From: Amoebophrya sp. A120
Lineage: Eukaryota > Protista > Dinoflagellata
Length of the DNA: 64,000 nt
Direction of reading: 5' to 3'
Assembly (NCBI GenBank): GCA_905178155.1
Contig: CAJINV010000005.1
Location: 8,686,449 to 8,750,448, forward strand
Shown here: positions 1 through 11,700 of the stretch, piece after piece
Layout of the letters: each line of letters opens with the position of its first letter
Position numbering within the stretch: position 1 is the first letter of the stretch
The notes under the pieces: model-generated
Told to the model about the DNA's origin: nothing
Database searches by the model: none
Seen by the model: only the letters and a program-made list of their open reading frames with translations
Made by a program: the position numbers and the translations under genes

Positions 1-681
1 AAAAAAAAAAAACACAACACTTTCAATTTTTTTCATGACCACCATAAATTTTTTATTTTTTCGACCACTGGGCGTCGATCTTTCTGGTCGACCGCCGGCG
101 GCCAAGCACCAGGCGAGCAACTGCCCACTCAGGCAGCCGGCCCATGGCAAGCTATTTCGTTAATTCCGGGCTGATTTTTGGCTAATCCCCAAAGCGAAGG
201 AGAGCAGACGCCAAAGGGGCCCGACTAGAAAGCGCGCCGGGGTTGCCGCCATATTTCCGGGGGCGCATAATCATCGCGGGCGCCGCCCTTCGGGCACCCC
301 CCTGCGCCCCCCGGGAGGGGAGGCGCGCGCCGAGAAAGGCGCCAAAGGGTGCCCCGGCACAGAAGAAAGGCCAAGGAGCCTGCGAAGCCTGCGCTTGGAG
401 GACCTCCGCCAAATCACAACGGAGGCCGGAACACGACCCCGGCGGACCTGTTGTCTGTGGGTTTCCAGAGCGCCACCCCTGCAATCTTCGGGGCAAATTG
501 AAAAGGGCGCCGGCCGGGGGGAATCCATTCAAAGACGCAAAGGCCACGAGAGGCGGGAACTGCGGGCGGCCGGCCTGCCGAGAAAAAGCAGGGCATCTAA
601 GGACAAACGGCGCCGACTGAGAGCCCAGTGGTCTGGCGGAGTGACTGCCGCGCGGGGGAAGGTTAATTCCTTGGGTTTTTG

Positions 682-740
682 GGGTAATTTGTGGTCTAAT
701 TTATAGTCTAATCTGTAGTCTAATTTTTGTTCTAATTTCA
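682..740. repeat. 12-bp degenerate tandem repeat (TAATTT/CTGTAGTC-like, ~5 copies)
   Basis: taatttgtggtc taatttatagtc taatctgtagtc taatttttgttc taatttc seen directly. Confidence 0.7.
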
Positions 741-1386
741 AAACCAACAAAACCCTCCCGATTTCGTTGTGGTCAGATTAACCCCGGAAATTACCCCCGG
801 GGTTACCCTCTTCATTAACCGCCCGGGACCGGGGTGGTGTTTGGAAGACCAAAACACCCCGGCCTCGCGCCTGCCTGATTTCCAGAGCCGGGCCCTCTGC
901 GCGCCGCCCCCCATAAATGCAAAGGCGCCGGGCCCCGGCGGATTTGAGCCATGGCCACACGGAAAAACCCCTATGAGCCAAACCACACCAAACGACCCCC
1001 GCCCCTCGGAAAGATGCCGGACAAAGAAAAACCGAAGACCCGGGCAAGGGCCCGACCCGAGACATTCCCCGAGGTAGGGGACAAGAGCACCCGAGGGCAG
1101 GCCACCACCAAAAGCCAAGGCGCCGCGCGCGCGAAAGGGCCCACCGATAAGCGGCCCCCATCCCCAAGAGGACGGGGGAGGACACACAACCAGGGGAGGC
1201 GGCCCGGAAGCTTACGACACCCGGGAAAACGGAAAGCGGGAGCGCCACACTACGCCGCGCCCTCCGCCCCGAATACGGCGCGCACCCAAAGGGCGCCACA
1301 CCCAACCAACCGGCCGGCGATTCCCAGAATTAGTGCCATTTTAACGAAATTTCACTAGCGGAAATTGCCTCGGGCCGGCTGCCTGA

Positions 1387-1492
1387 TGCCCACCACCCTC
1401 CCCCGGCGCCCTCCTTCTGTTCGCGAAGGGAAAGTCGCGCCCCAGCTGCCCACCACCCTGCCCCGGCGCCCTCCCCCCCTCTGTTCACGAAG
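1387..1492. repeat. ~60-bp tandem duplication
   Basis: tgcccaccaccctNccccggcgccctcc...ctgttcNcgaag occurs twice, 60 bp apart. Confidence 0.7.
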
Positions 1493-1602
1493 AGGCCGGT
1501 AGAGGGCGCCGCCGTCCGCCGTCTCTGTCTTGGAGGGTGCGCGCGAGGGAAACAGGCGGGGGCGAAACAGACTGCATGCGGGCTAACACGGGGGGCGCCG
1601 AT

Positions 1603-2454
1603 NNNNNNNNNNNNNNNNNNNNNNNNNNNNNNNNNNNNNNNNNNNNNNNNNNNNNNNNNNNNNNNNNNNNNNNNNNNNNNNNNNNNNNNNNNNNNNNNNN
1701 NNNNNNNNNNNNNNNNNNNNNNNNNNNNNNNNNNNNNNNNNNNNNNNNNNNNNNNNNNNNNNNNNNNNNNNNNNNNNNNNNNNNNNNNNNNNNNNNNNNN
1801 NNNNNNNNNNNNNNNNNNNNNNNNNNNNNNNNNNNNNNNNNNNNNNNNNNNNNNNNNNNNNNNNNNNNNNNNNNNNNNNNNNNNNNNNNNNNNNNNNNNN
1901 NNNNNNNNNNNNNNNNNNNNNNNNNNNNNNNNNNNNNNNNNNNNNNNNNNNNNNNNNNNNNNNNNNNNNNNNNNNNNNNNNNNNNNNNNNNNNNNNNNNN
2001 NNNNNNNNNNNNNNNNNNNNNNNNNNNNNNNNNNNNNNNNNNNNNNNNNNNNNNNNNNNNNNNNNNNNNNNNNNNNNNNNNNNNNNNNNNNNNNNNNNNN
2101 NNNNNNNNNNNNNNNNNNNNNNNNNNNNNNNNNNNNNNNNNNNNNNNNNNNNNNNNNNNNNNNNNNNNNNNNNNNNNNNNNNNNNNNNNNNNNNNNNNNN
2201 NNNNNNNNNNNNNNNNNNNNNNNNNNNNNNNNNNNNNNNNNNNNNNNNNNNNNNNNNNNNNNNNNNNNNNNNNNNNNNNNNNNNNNNNNNNNNNNNNNNN
2301 NNNNNNNNNNNNNNNNNNNNNNNNNNNNNNNNNNNNNNNNNNNNNNNNNNNNNNNNNNNNNNNNNNNNNNNNNNNNNNNNNNNNNNNNNNNNNNNNNNNN
2401 NNNNNNNNNNNNNNNNNNNNNNNNNNNNNNNNNNNNNNNNNNNNNNNNNNNNNN
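1603..2454. other. Assembly gap (N run)
   Basis: Run of n characters. Confidence 1.
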
Positions 2455-2682
2455 ATGAATTCGATATCTTCATTCTGTTGATGATGAGAATAAATCGTAT
2501 GGATTCAAATCTCATCTGAGTGATCGGATCGTTGAATCAACCTTAACAACTCCTGTGTTGAAGAAACGCATGAATTCGATATCTTCATTCTGTTGATGAT
2601 GAGAATAAATCGTATGGATTCAAATCTCATCTGAGTGATCGGATCGTTGAATCAACCTTAACAACTCCTGTGTTGAAGAAAC
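2455..2682. repeat. Exact ~115-bp tandem duplication abutting the gap
   Basis: atgaattcgatatc...gaagaaac starts at 2455 and again at 2570; may be a collapsed array or an assembly artefact. Confidence 0.85.
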
Positions 2683-3153
2683 TCTGCTCGTTGTCACCGG
2701 TGGACAGAGCTCCTCGCTAAAGAGAGGAAGCCAATGGGTGGCCCATTGATGGCGGTATGGGCGCCACCGCCATGGGTTCCAGCTGTAATTTATGTCTTTT
2801 ACGCGGCGCCTACGCTTTGGTAGGTTCAGCTTGAGGTAAACTAAACAACAGATGACGAGTCAGTGTGCATTCATAACTTCGCTGGAGTCGCTCGCTCAGA
2901 TTCGCGTTTCGTGCATCTTGAATCTGGGCTTCGACTTTTCCTCATCTTAGCGACGTGTGGCACGTCCAGGCCGCGTTGCCATTTACTCATGCTGGCACAC
3001 TTCAATGCCTGAACAGGAGAGCCGGCTGGTGCTACTGGCTTGTCTATTAAGCAGCTTTGGTTGCTGTGGGCACAGTTCGAGATGATGTCGTGGGTGGAAC
3101 AGCTCTGCACTTGCTTAAAAATTAAAATTCCCGTTTCAAAAAAACCCTTCGTA

Positions 3154-3631
3154 TCAAATCCTGTCCGTTTTGTTGCCATTACTTCCAGATCCACTCCCCG
3201 CTCCGTCCGCCCGCTGTCTGCACCGACGGCAGCCCAATATGCATTGCAAAAGCATCGTACGCGTATTGCAGTCATGCATTACAAATTTTTTTCTTGACGT
3301 ATTACAAATTTTATTTTTCATGCTGAGGGAATTTGTAATGCACTTATACGAGTAGGAGTACGATACCTTTGCACAGGATACACAGCACGTCCACACAAAT
3401 CCGGTTCCGCAACTTGCCCCGCATCGTGGTAGACAAGTCCTCCTTGGTAGCTTGCCGGCGGAAGGTACTTTCCAGACTTGTGGAGCTGCTGCTGCACTGG
3501 CGCTCGAACTTGATCATGGAAGGCAATTTAGCGGAAAAATCCTCATCCGTAGGAAGCCGGGTGAGTCCCGGGCCGTGATCTCGTCCCCCGGGAACGATAC
3601 CCCCGAACGCGGGAGCACGGGCTTCGGGCAT
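3154..3631 (-). CDS. Small hypothetical protein, 2 exons, Cys-rich C-terminal part
   Basis: MPEARAP...RICVDVLC joins CRRCRQRADG...KTDRI* after removing element 3238-3380 plus 5 nt. Confidence 0.55.
3238..3380. mobile_element. TIR introner family A
   Basis: tatgcattgcaaaagcatcgtac...gtacgatacctttgcacaggata; DR degenerate. Confidence 0.85.
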
Positions 3632-5796
3632 TGTTTTTGTTTCTGTCTCTTACTATGATTTTTGTATGGTAGTACGGCCTGCGGGGCTGATGCTACTTTT
3701 AGTTTGTTTGTTTCTGTACCTACGGGGTATGAACCTTGGAGCCAGCGCTACATACTAGGGGCGCTCATCTGCTGTGGTTTTAATCATCTTTAAGATGATT
3801 ACTTAAAACTGCATTAAGAAACAGCTCTAACCCTCACACGCGTTTCTCCTTCGTCTCCCTCTCGCATCGCAAACGCATTTAGATGGCCACAGGGCAGGTC
3901 TCCTCAAAACTACAGGCGCGTCGACTTCTCTCGGAACTGAACAAGAAACGCAGAGCCAGAGCTACGACGGCCGAATAGACGCAGCTGCGTGCCCGATCGT
4001 TGCTATTAGCGGCAACAACGATCGCAAACGCGCGCGGCCTCATGATTGGCACTGCGTTCATTCCCGAACGAATTCAGTGTCATTCATCGCATGCAGGTTT
4101 GAAAACAGGTAAAATAAACCATAGCCATGCGCCTGGGCGCGGCGGCCGGGCAGAGGGCGATGGCCACATGAACTCTATGTCGATACCACGGGCCCGCGCA
4201 CCACATAAGTCGCCCCGATCGAAAGTGTTTGCTACGGCCCGAATCCGGCCAAAAGCGCCGCGCTCCTGGCCTTGCTTGCCTTGCCGAGGAGAACGAGGCC
4301 CAATCCTTCTCCCCGCCGCCAATCAAATCAGCCGGGTCGGTCGGGCGGCCACGCCGGCAAAAGTAAACCGCCCCGCGCCCGCGCGGGCGCGCGGGGACGG
4401 AGGCCAGCAAACATACATCGGTTGCCAGCGCCGCGGCGTGCCACCCCGGCCCCGAAATCGGGCCAGGCGGGGCCAGGGAGCAAATAAGATATAAAGAAGG
4501 GGCGCCGAGCCGGAGGCCGCGCCCCTGTGTAGCTGGCTTGGGGGGCAGTTCCGCGCTCTGGTGGGGGTTGTAGTTTGCTTGCGGCAAGGGCAGCATGTCT
4601 TGCAATCGGCTTCATTGGGGCGCGCCCGCTTCAAGTCCACCGCTTTGCCGAGGTCCGCCGCCACCCTGCCTTCCCAGGTCGGCCCCGCTTGCGGGCGTCG
4701 CCCCCCCGCCCCCGCGGGTCCATATGGCTGCCCCTCAACCGGGCCCAGAAACCCGACAACACACACCAACACCGCGCGCGCCCCCAGACCATTCCGCCCG
4801 CCCACGCGCAGAGCCCCCGAGCGATCTCGCGCGCGGGCGCCCGTCCCTGCCTCCGTCCGCGGGGCGCGCGGGCGGCGGCGTGCCCGCCGGCCGCCGGCGC
4901 TCGCTCGCTGCCTGGGTGCTTGGCGGCAAATCACCGCGCGGGTTGTTGCTTGTGTTGGGGCAGGGGCGCAAATCAACGGGCGGGGCTCTTGTTAACGTTA
5001 CGCGCCCCTTCTTCCCCGGCAAAACACAAGCGGGGCGGAGGTTGGCGCTCATTTTCGTCTTTTCCGTGACATCACTACCGGGCACCCCGACGGCGTCGCG
5101 CCGGTGATCTTCCTGGACGCCGGCGGGTCGTTCGGATGATGCTCCGCCATGGGCAGGCCCGCCCTGCCCCGCCAATACCCCGGCCGCGTCCTCTCTCTTC
5201 CGTCCCTTCGCACAACACCGGCGGCCGCTTTTTTTATAGAAGTTCTATTCAAGCGTAGCCAAAAGCACTCCGCTCGCAAAGCTCTCCTCCGATCACAAAA
5301 AGTTGCAAGCTCGGCTATAAACGTTGTCCACAACAAGCACCGTGGCCTGTTTCGTTCGCCACGAACACTTCCTCCACCACCAAGAGGACAAAAACCGGAA
5401 AAAAACAACCAAAACCAGATGATGAACGGCAAGCTCACTTTCTACCGCAGAGCTCTGTGCACGACGACAACAAAGCTGCCCGCTCTAGAAGATTTTTTAG
5501 GTTTCAGTTTCTGGGTTGTGATTGTCAGAAAGGTTTTGTACTATGTGTGACATCAACCACAAAAGTGGACCCGGGCTGTGCCATTGGAGGTCGTTCATCT
5601 GTCGCTTCAAAAAGTCGTTTCAAATTCAAATGCTGTACAAGACTCAGATCCCCTCAAAGGAGCCCACATCAGGACTTCTCGTAGGATCTTTGTATGTCCT
5701 AGTCCTAGTCCTTTGTTTTACTAAAGTCATCAACTACAACAAGTTTTACAGTGAAACTCGAAGGAGTGAACGTCCCATCACAGGCTTGGACAGCAT

Positions 5797-8700
5797 TCAC
5801 AGGTATTGGTATTCTAGCACCACAAATTTGATCACCGCCGCTGTACAATGAATAAACCCATCTTCCTCACCCTCCCCGTTCCTTCATTTCCTGTTGCGCC
5901 TGCTGCATGGCTTTCGCCGCGGCCTGGTTCGGTGGCAACGCGTTTTCCCCCGTGGAATATCCCGAGTAAAAACATCCCCACCCCATAGTCAAGTTGTCAA
6001 ATGATCTGCAACACAAATCCCCAAGTTTTGGCTGTCGAGCATGACAAGTTTGGGTTCGTAGTGTAAAATCCTGTGGTAGCTAGTGCAGCCGCATGACAAA
6101 TTGCCTACCTCATCCTGATTCCAGCACGACAAACTACCAGATAGCATTAGAAAGTGGCTGTCATGGGGCTCCGCATGAGAAACATTTTCAGCATGCAGAT
6201 TTGCATTACAACCATGGGGTGGGGAAGTCGAAGTTTCTACATAGGATATGGAAAACTCGTTGAACAGCTGCTTTATCCTCGTTTGCAGCTGCACTTTCGG
6301 ATCCACGGACATCTTCATGGCCTCTTCAAGTAACATATCCTGAGACAAAAACAGATTATACCCATCCATTTTTTGCATGACAAACACTAGACTTGCTGTA
6401 CGATTGGCATGACAAATTGGATGGGGATGGGTCTTTGTTTCTTGTGGATACAACAGCGCCTCCTCGTCCATGCTGTCTTTATTTGATGCTTTTGCTATCG
6501 AACCGGCGATATCCTGTGCAAAAGTATCGTGCTCGTATTGCGATCATGCATTACAAATTTTTTTCTGAAAGCAAATCCGCATTACAAAGTTCATTTCTCA
6601 TGCTGAGGAAATCTGTAAATGCATTTATACGAATACGATACTTTTGCAATTCATAGGCGGCTCCCGTTTGCGAAGGCGCAGACACGGAAGGTTGTATGTT
6701 TCCTCCCGCACCAGCACTACTGTTCGTAGTTGAAGAAGCTCCCGCCCCGGAAGAAGTTAGAGTAGTAGGTGCACCACCGCCACCTGGAGCTCCTCCGTGT
6801 TCACCACCTTCCATCGCGGCTAGCTTTTCTTGCTGCGATTTCGACCGGACCAAGTGTCCGTTGAAAAACCCCTCCGGTTCGGCCTGCTTCAACAAATTTT
6901 CCTCTGGCGGTAAGCTTTTGTCGGTTTTCTTCCCGCCGGAGAATGCGGTTAAGTCCGTGAGAATGTGAAAATCTTCCAGCATTGTCTGCATCGCTATGGC
7001 CATCTCCGGGTCGACGTACTGCATCCCGAGACTGTACCATCGTGAGAAAAAAGCGCTTCACTGTATAGGATTTTCAATCGCTAAAACAAGTTTGTTTGCA
7101 TATACAAGTTGTTTACACACGACATCAAAGAGAAAGAAAATTTGCCATGCGCGCTACTTCCTGTAAGGAAACAACGTTGAAACAAGAAACCCCAATCTCT
7201 TGCATGTGTAGCAAGACAAACACAAATGCAATCTATGCATCACAAGTTTAAAATAAATACAGTGGAACTACAGTTTTTTCTATCAATATGTAGTCGATCA
7301 CATCTGCTCTGGAAGACTGCGTTCCCACGTTGATGATCAGCTTCTGCTATCCTTTGCAGAAGTATCGTACTCGTATAAATGCATTACAAATTTCCTCAAC
7401 AGCATGAGTAGAAATAAAATTTGTAATGCTGATTTACCTTAGGGAAAAGATTTGTATATGCATGATTGCAATACGAGTACGACACTTTTGCCCAGGATAT
7501 TTGCTTCGGCGGGATCACGTCAAAAGTCACTGCAGAGACCCGGGATCCGCACATTCAGTATGCATTGCGCATATGTCCTCTGAGTCTGGAAGGATGGAAC
7601 TTGTCATGCTAAATTACTATCTATTATATTCATGCGAAAAAAGAGGTCTACAGAGGGTCGAAGGGAGGTGGCCGAGAGGTCAAAAAGAGGTCGACAGAGG
7701 TCAAAAAGAGGTCGACAGAGGTGGAGAGGTGGTGCAGGAGGTCAATCGAGAGGGTGGCCGAGAGGTGGCGCGGGTATAGCCCGCCGAAGGGCTCGCCCTA
7801 AAGCCGCGCCTATGGGGGACGGAGGTGGCCGAGAGGGTCCCGAGAGGGTAAGCGAGAGGTGGACAGAGGTGCCGAGAGGTTGCGCGAATAAGGGCGAACC
7901 TCTCGCGCACCCTCCTGGCCACCTCTCGGCCACCTCTGTAGACCTCTATCTGTGAGTATAGCCGAACTATTAGCAACACCTCTCGGGAGAGGTCAAAAAG
8001 AGGGTCTGCGAGAGGGTCAGAACAACCCGAATCCCCCCGGCACGCGGTCGATTTTCTTTGGGCCTTTTCATGGCGTTGACCCGCACCCTTTCGCGCTACC
8101 CTCCCGCTCTACCCTCTCGCGCTACCCTCTCGCGCCACCCTCTCGCGCCAGCCTCTCGCGCGACCCTCTCGCGCTACCCTCTGGCGCCAGCGATTTCCGC
8201 CGGGAAGCAAATTAAAAGGGGGCGGGTGGGTGATCAAAAAAAGGCAGCGCGGCTTCCGTTCTGCTTCCTTCGGCATCTATGTCGAGCCGGCTTCGTTTCG
8301 CCCCCAAGCTTCGCTGCAGCTGCTCCCTGCGCATAGCGCCTGAAGGCGCGGGAAGCGCGCAGTAGGCCCAGCGGGTTGAGATGGCGCAAACCGGCGCCAG
8401 TATTTCCTTCGACCTACCTTGACGCCGTGCGCAAACAAAGCTGTGGCGCTGTAGCCCGATCCGCAAATAGTCCTGCCCCACCACAACAGCCACTCGCCCC
8501 GGCGTCAGCCGGGGCATGGCTGGTCAGAATCATGCAAAATTCTGTGTTGCATGATTACCGAAAGCTGTGGTCCACTTTCGACCAAGTTGCGAGGGAGTTT
8601 CTCATGCAGAGCTGGCATGATGGAGACCTCACAGGATCTGTCATGCTAGGTTCTGCATTCCAGATCACATGGGTCATGCAAAATGTGCACGACAAGTCTT

Positions 8701-11700
8701 GCAATCTTCCAGAGGACCCAGAGGACATATTTGCAGTTGATATTCCGAGAGATTCCGTCATGTCGTACTGGACGCCGCAGGCTTTGTCGTCACTGTTATT
8801 TTCCATCGCCATGATGTATCCCGCGTCGCCGTCGCGGATAAAAATCGTTTGAAAATCCTTGTACTGCATCTGCGTCATCTGACACGTCAAAGCGGTTTTC
8901 TTCGCGTTGGATTCCCCGATCCCGCCCGAATTGTCGTCCTCCAGAATTGCCCAAATCGCCTGGTTGATCAGCTCCCAACTGGATTTCTGCTTCCGCAGCT
9001 TTGGCCCGGAAATCTTGTGGTAGCATATCAAATGCAAATATGTCTGAGTCTGGGAGACTGCAAGGTTTGTGATGCACGGATAGCATGGCTCTCAACTCTG
9101 TCATGCACGCCGCCCAAAACCTGCCACATTTCTCTGTCATGCAGAAACGCAGTTTGTCATGCAGAGACGCATCACTATTTATAGCAACTCCGAAACTTGT
9201 CATGCTTGGCTGTCAATGAAGGCGCCCACATGATTCGCCAAACAGCATAACAAGTTTCCAGACCCAGACATATTTGCATTTGATATTGCAGTGGATCACG
9301 ACATTCCCCTGTCTTGGGAACGCGTTTTCTTCCCTCAATAACGAAAAAGACAGCGGCACGACGAGGTAGGTGTAACCGCCCTCCAGTGTCGTGTAGATGG
9401 AGGTCTGGTCCTGTCTCGTCCGTTTCGCCCGCTGGACGAACTGCAGGATCTCATGAAAACTGCCGTCCGCCTTGGTATCCTTCATTTTCCGGAACACTAC
9501 AAACCCGATGTCCTGATTGGTCGATTTCGCGTTGATGCTCGCCTCCCGTTTCACGTGTCGCTCCTGCCAGATCGACAAGTCGATTTCTGTTGTTTGGTAC
9601 AAATCAAACTCGATAACCTCGCCCGGATCACCATTCTGAGCAAAAACGTTCCCAGCCCAAGGCTGTCATGCAGACTTGCAATTACAGGAGTCAATTTGCA
9701 ATGCGCATCCCCATCATGATGAGAGGCATTTGTTCCAGTCGTGTTTTGGCAACGTTTGTAATGCTGTAAACATGATAGGAAGACGGCTTTGCGATGCGGC
9801 TGCGCTTGTTAAATTGCACTACAATGCGGAGAGGAACTTGTCATGCGCGACTACCAAAACTTCTGGATTTGTGTTGCTAAGTTCGCAATCATTGACTCTT
9901 TCTAGGGTCGTGAGGACGCTTTTGCTCAGAATAACCGCCCGCGCTGGAAGTGAGCCAAACCCGCTCATCCGTTCGTAGCCAGTAGCTCGGGTGGACGCGA
10001 CAGACTTCCACCTGTCCGATATGAACTGCAAAAGTATCGTACTCGTATAATTGCATTACAAATCTCCTCAGCACGAGAAATAAAATCTGTAATGCTGATT
10101 TCTCTTCAGAACATGAACAAGATTTGTAATGCATGATTGCAATACGAGGACGATACTATTGCACAGGATATCCGAAGTATTTCCGCAAGTCTTCGAATTT
10201 CATCCAGAAAATGCTCATGTCGTCATGCATCTTCACGTTCGAGGTGTTCACAATCCCGAGCTCGAATTTCAGTTGGAACTATTGTGAGGAAAAATCTCCC
10301 CGCCCCATACCGAAAAGGAAATTTGTGATGCTGACTTGTGACCACAAATCAGCTTTGTCTTGTGTACAAGGCAAATGGCGCCTCCCATGTGGCGCATTGT
10401 CGTGCAGCCAGTCTGTCATGCGCTTTCGCGTATGGCAGATTCGTTTCTCATGCGCAGCTGCTAGCCGGATGCGTAGTACCCAAATAGGCTTAGAATATCC
10501 GTATTCCGGCAACAAGCTCTTGCTGCAATACAAGGTTCATTTGTGTACACAAATCCAGCAACGCAAATTGTCTTTTGAAAATGGGGTAAGGGGTTATTTC
10601 ACTTTGATAGAAACGGCTGTTTGTCCATCCACTCGCTACCGAAATCTCCCTTCCAGGTATCAAAAGGAAAAATCCCCCCTGCCCATATCGAAAAGCAGAT
10701 CTGTGATGCTGGACTTGTGTACACAAATCAGATTTGTCTTGGAGTGGAGGACTGCAGGCCCATACCATGCCAATGTAGAGAGGTTTTGGCCTAGGCGCTT
10801 AGCATGAGGAACGTCGATCCTGTAGGCCCAACAGCATTACAGATCCCCTGCATAATGTTAATGGGGCGGAGCCTATGCCGTTGCTTTCTTGCAAGACAGA
10901 CGCGATTTGTGGCCACAAATCAGCATCACAAATTCTCTGAGGCGTGGTTTATTTTCGATATAGGGAGGGGGGATTTTTCCGTACGATACCAGGTTTGCGG
11001 CGCCCGTTCCCCCCACGGATTCCGGATTTTGATCAGCCGGAAGGTTTGGTTGTCGTGGTTCAATTCCCGGACTTCCAACACTCCGTACGCGTGAGGGGAT
11101 TGTAACCCCTGGAGCACGACTTCTTCCCTCGATTTTTCCACCGCCTCGTGGCTGCAGGCTAAGCCCATGATATACCCCGCTTCGTAGTAGGAGAGCAACC
11201 GGTATGGGCCGCAAAAGTATCGTCCAACTCGCATATTGATATCATATTGCATGACAGATTGCTGCAATGTGTGTAGTCCACTTCGACTTTAGCATCAAAA
11301 ATCCTCTCTTTCACATCATTGCACAAAATTGTCATGCTATCAATACAAGTGGCGCAAAGCAATAAAAATTTTGCGATGCATAATCGGGTCCACATCACGT
11401 CGTTCTGAAGATTATCGTCCAAAGCGTCAACTTCGTCCTGATCGTCCTCCGGGGGTTGCTCCCCCCGGAATAAAGCTGCCATTTTCAGTTGCTGAATCTG
11501 GGTTCTTCTCTTCGCCCTGGCTTCCTTGACCGATTTCGGCTCGTACAAACGCATTGTCTCGACGGGGTAGCTGTAATTGTATTTTTTGCATAGGTATTAA
11601 AAGCCTAACGCTTCTGACCTCCTGTCCCTGTGGGTTCTATGCATCACAAAACAATCTACAGTATGACACGTCGCATGATAAAAGAAAGCACACAAGAAAA

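Noticed and set aside
1537-2515. 310-314 aa ORFs
   Set aside because: Artefacts of translating the N gap.
2455-2682. 115-bp exact duplication as a biological signal
   Set aside because: It abuts the assembly gap and cannot be distinguished from a scaffolding artefact.
6551-7024. Separate Rpn10-like gene
   Set aside because: Removing element 7038-7288 joins this exon in frame to the calpain C-terminal domain, and no VWA domain is seen.
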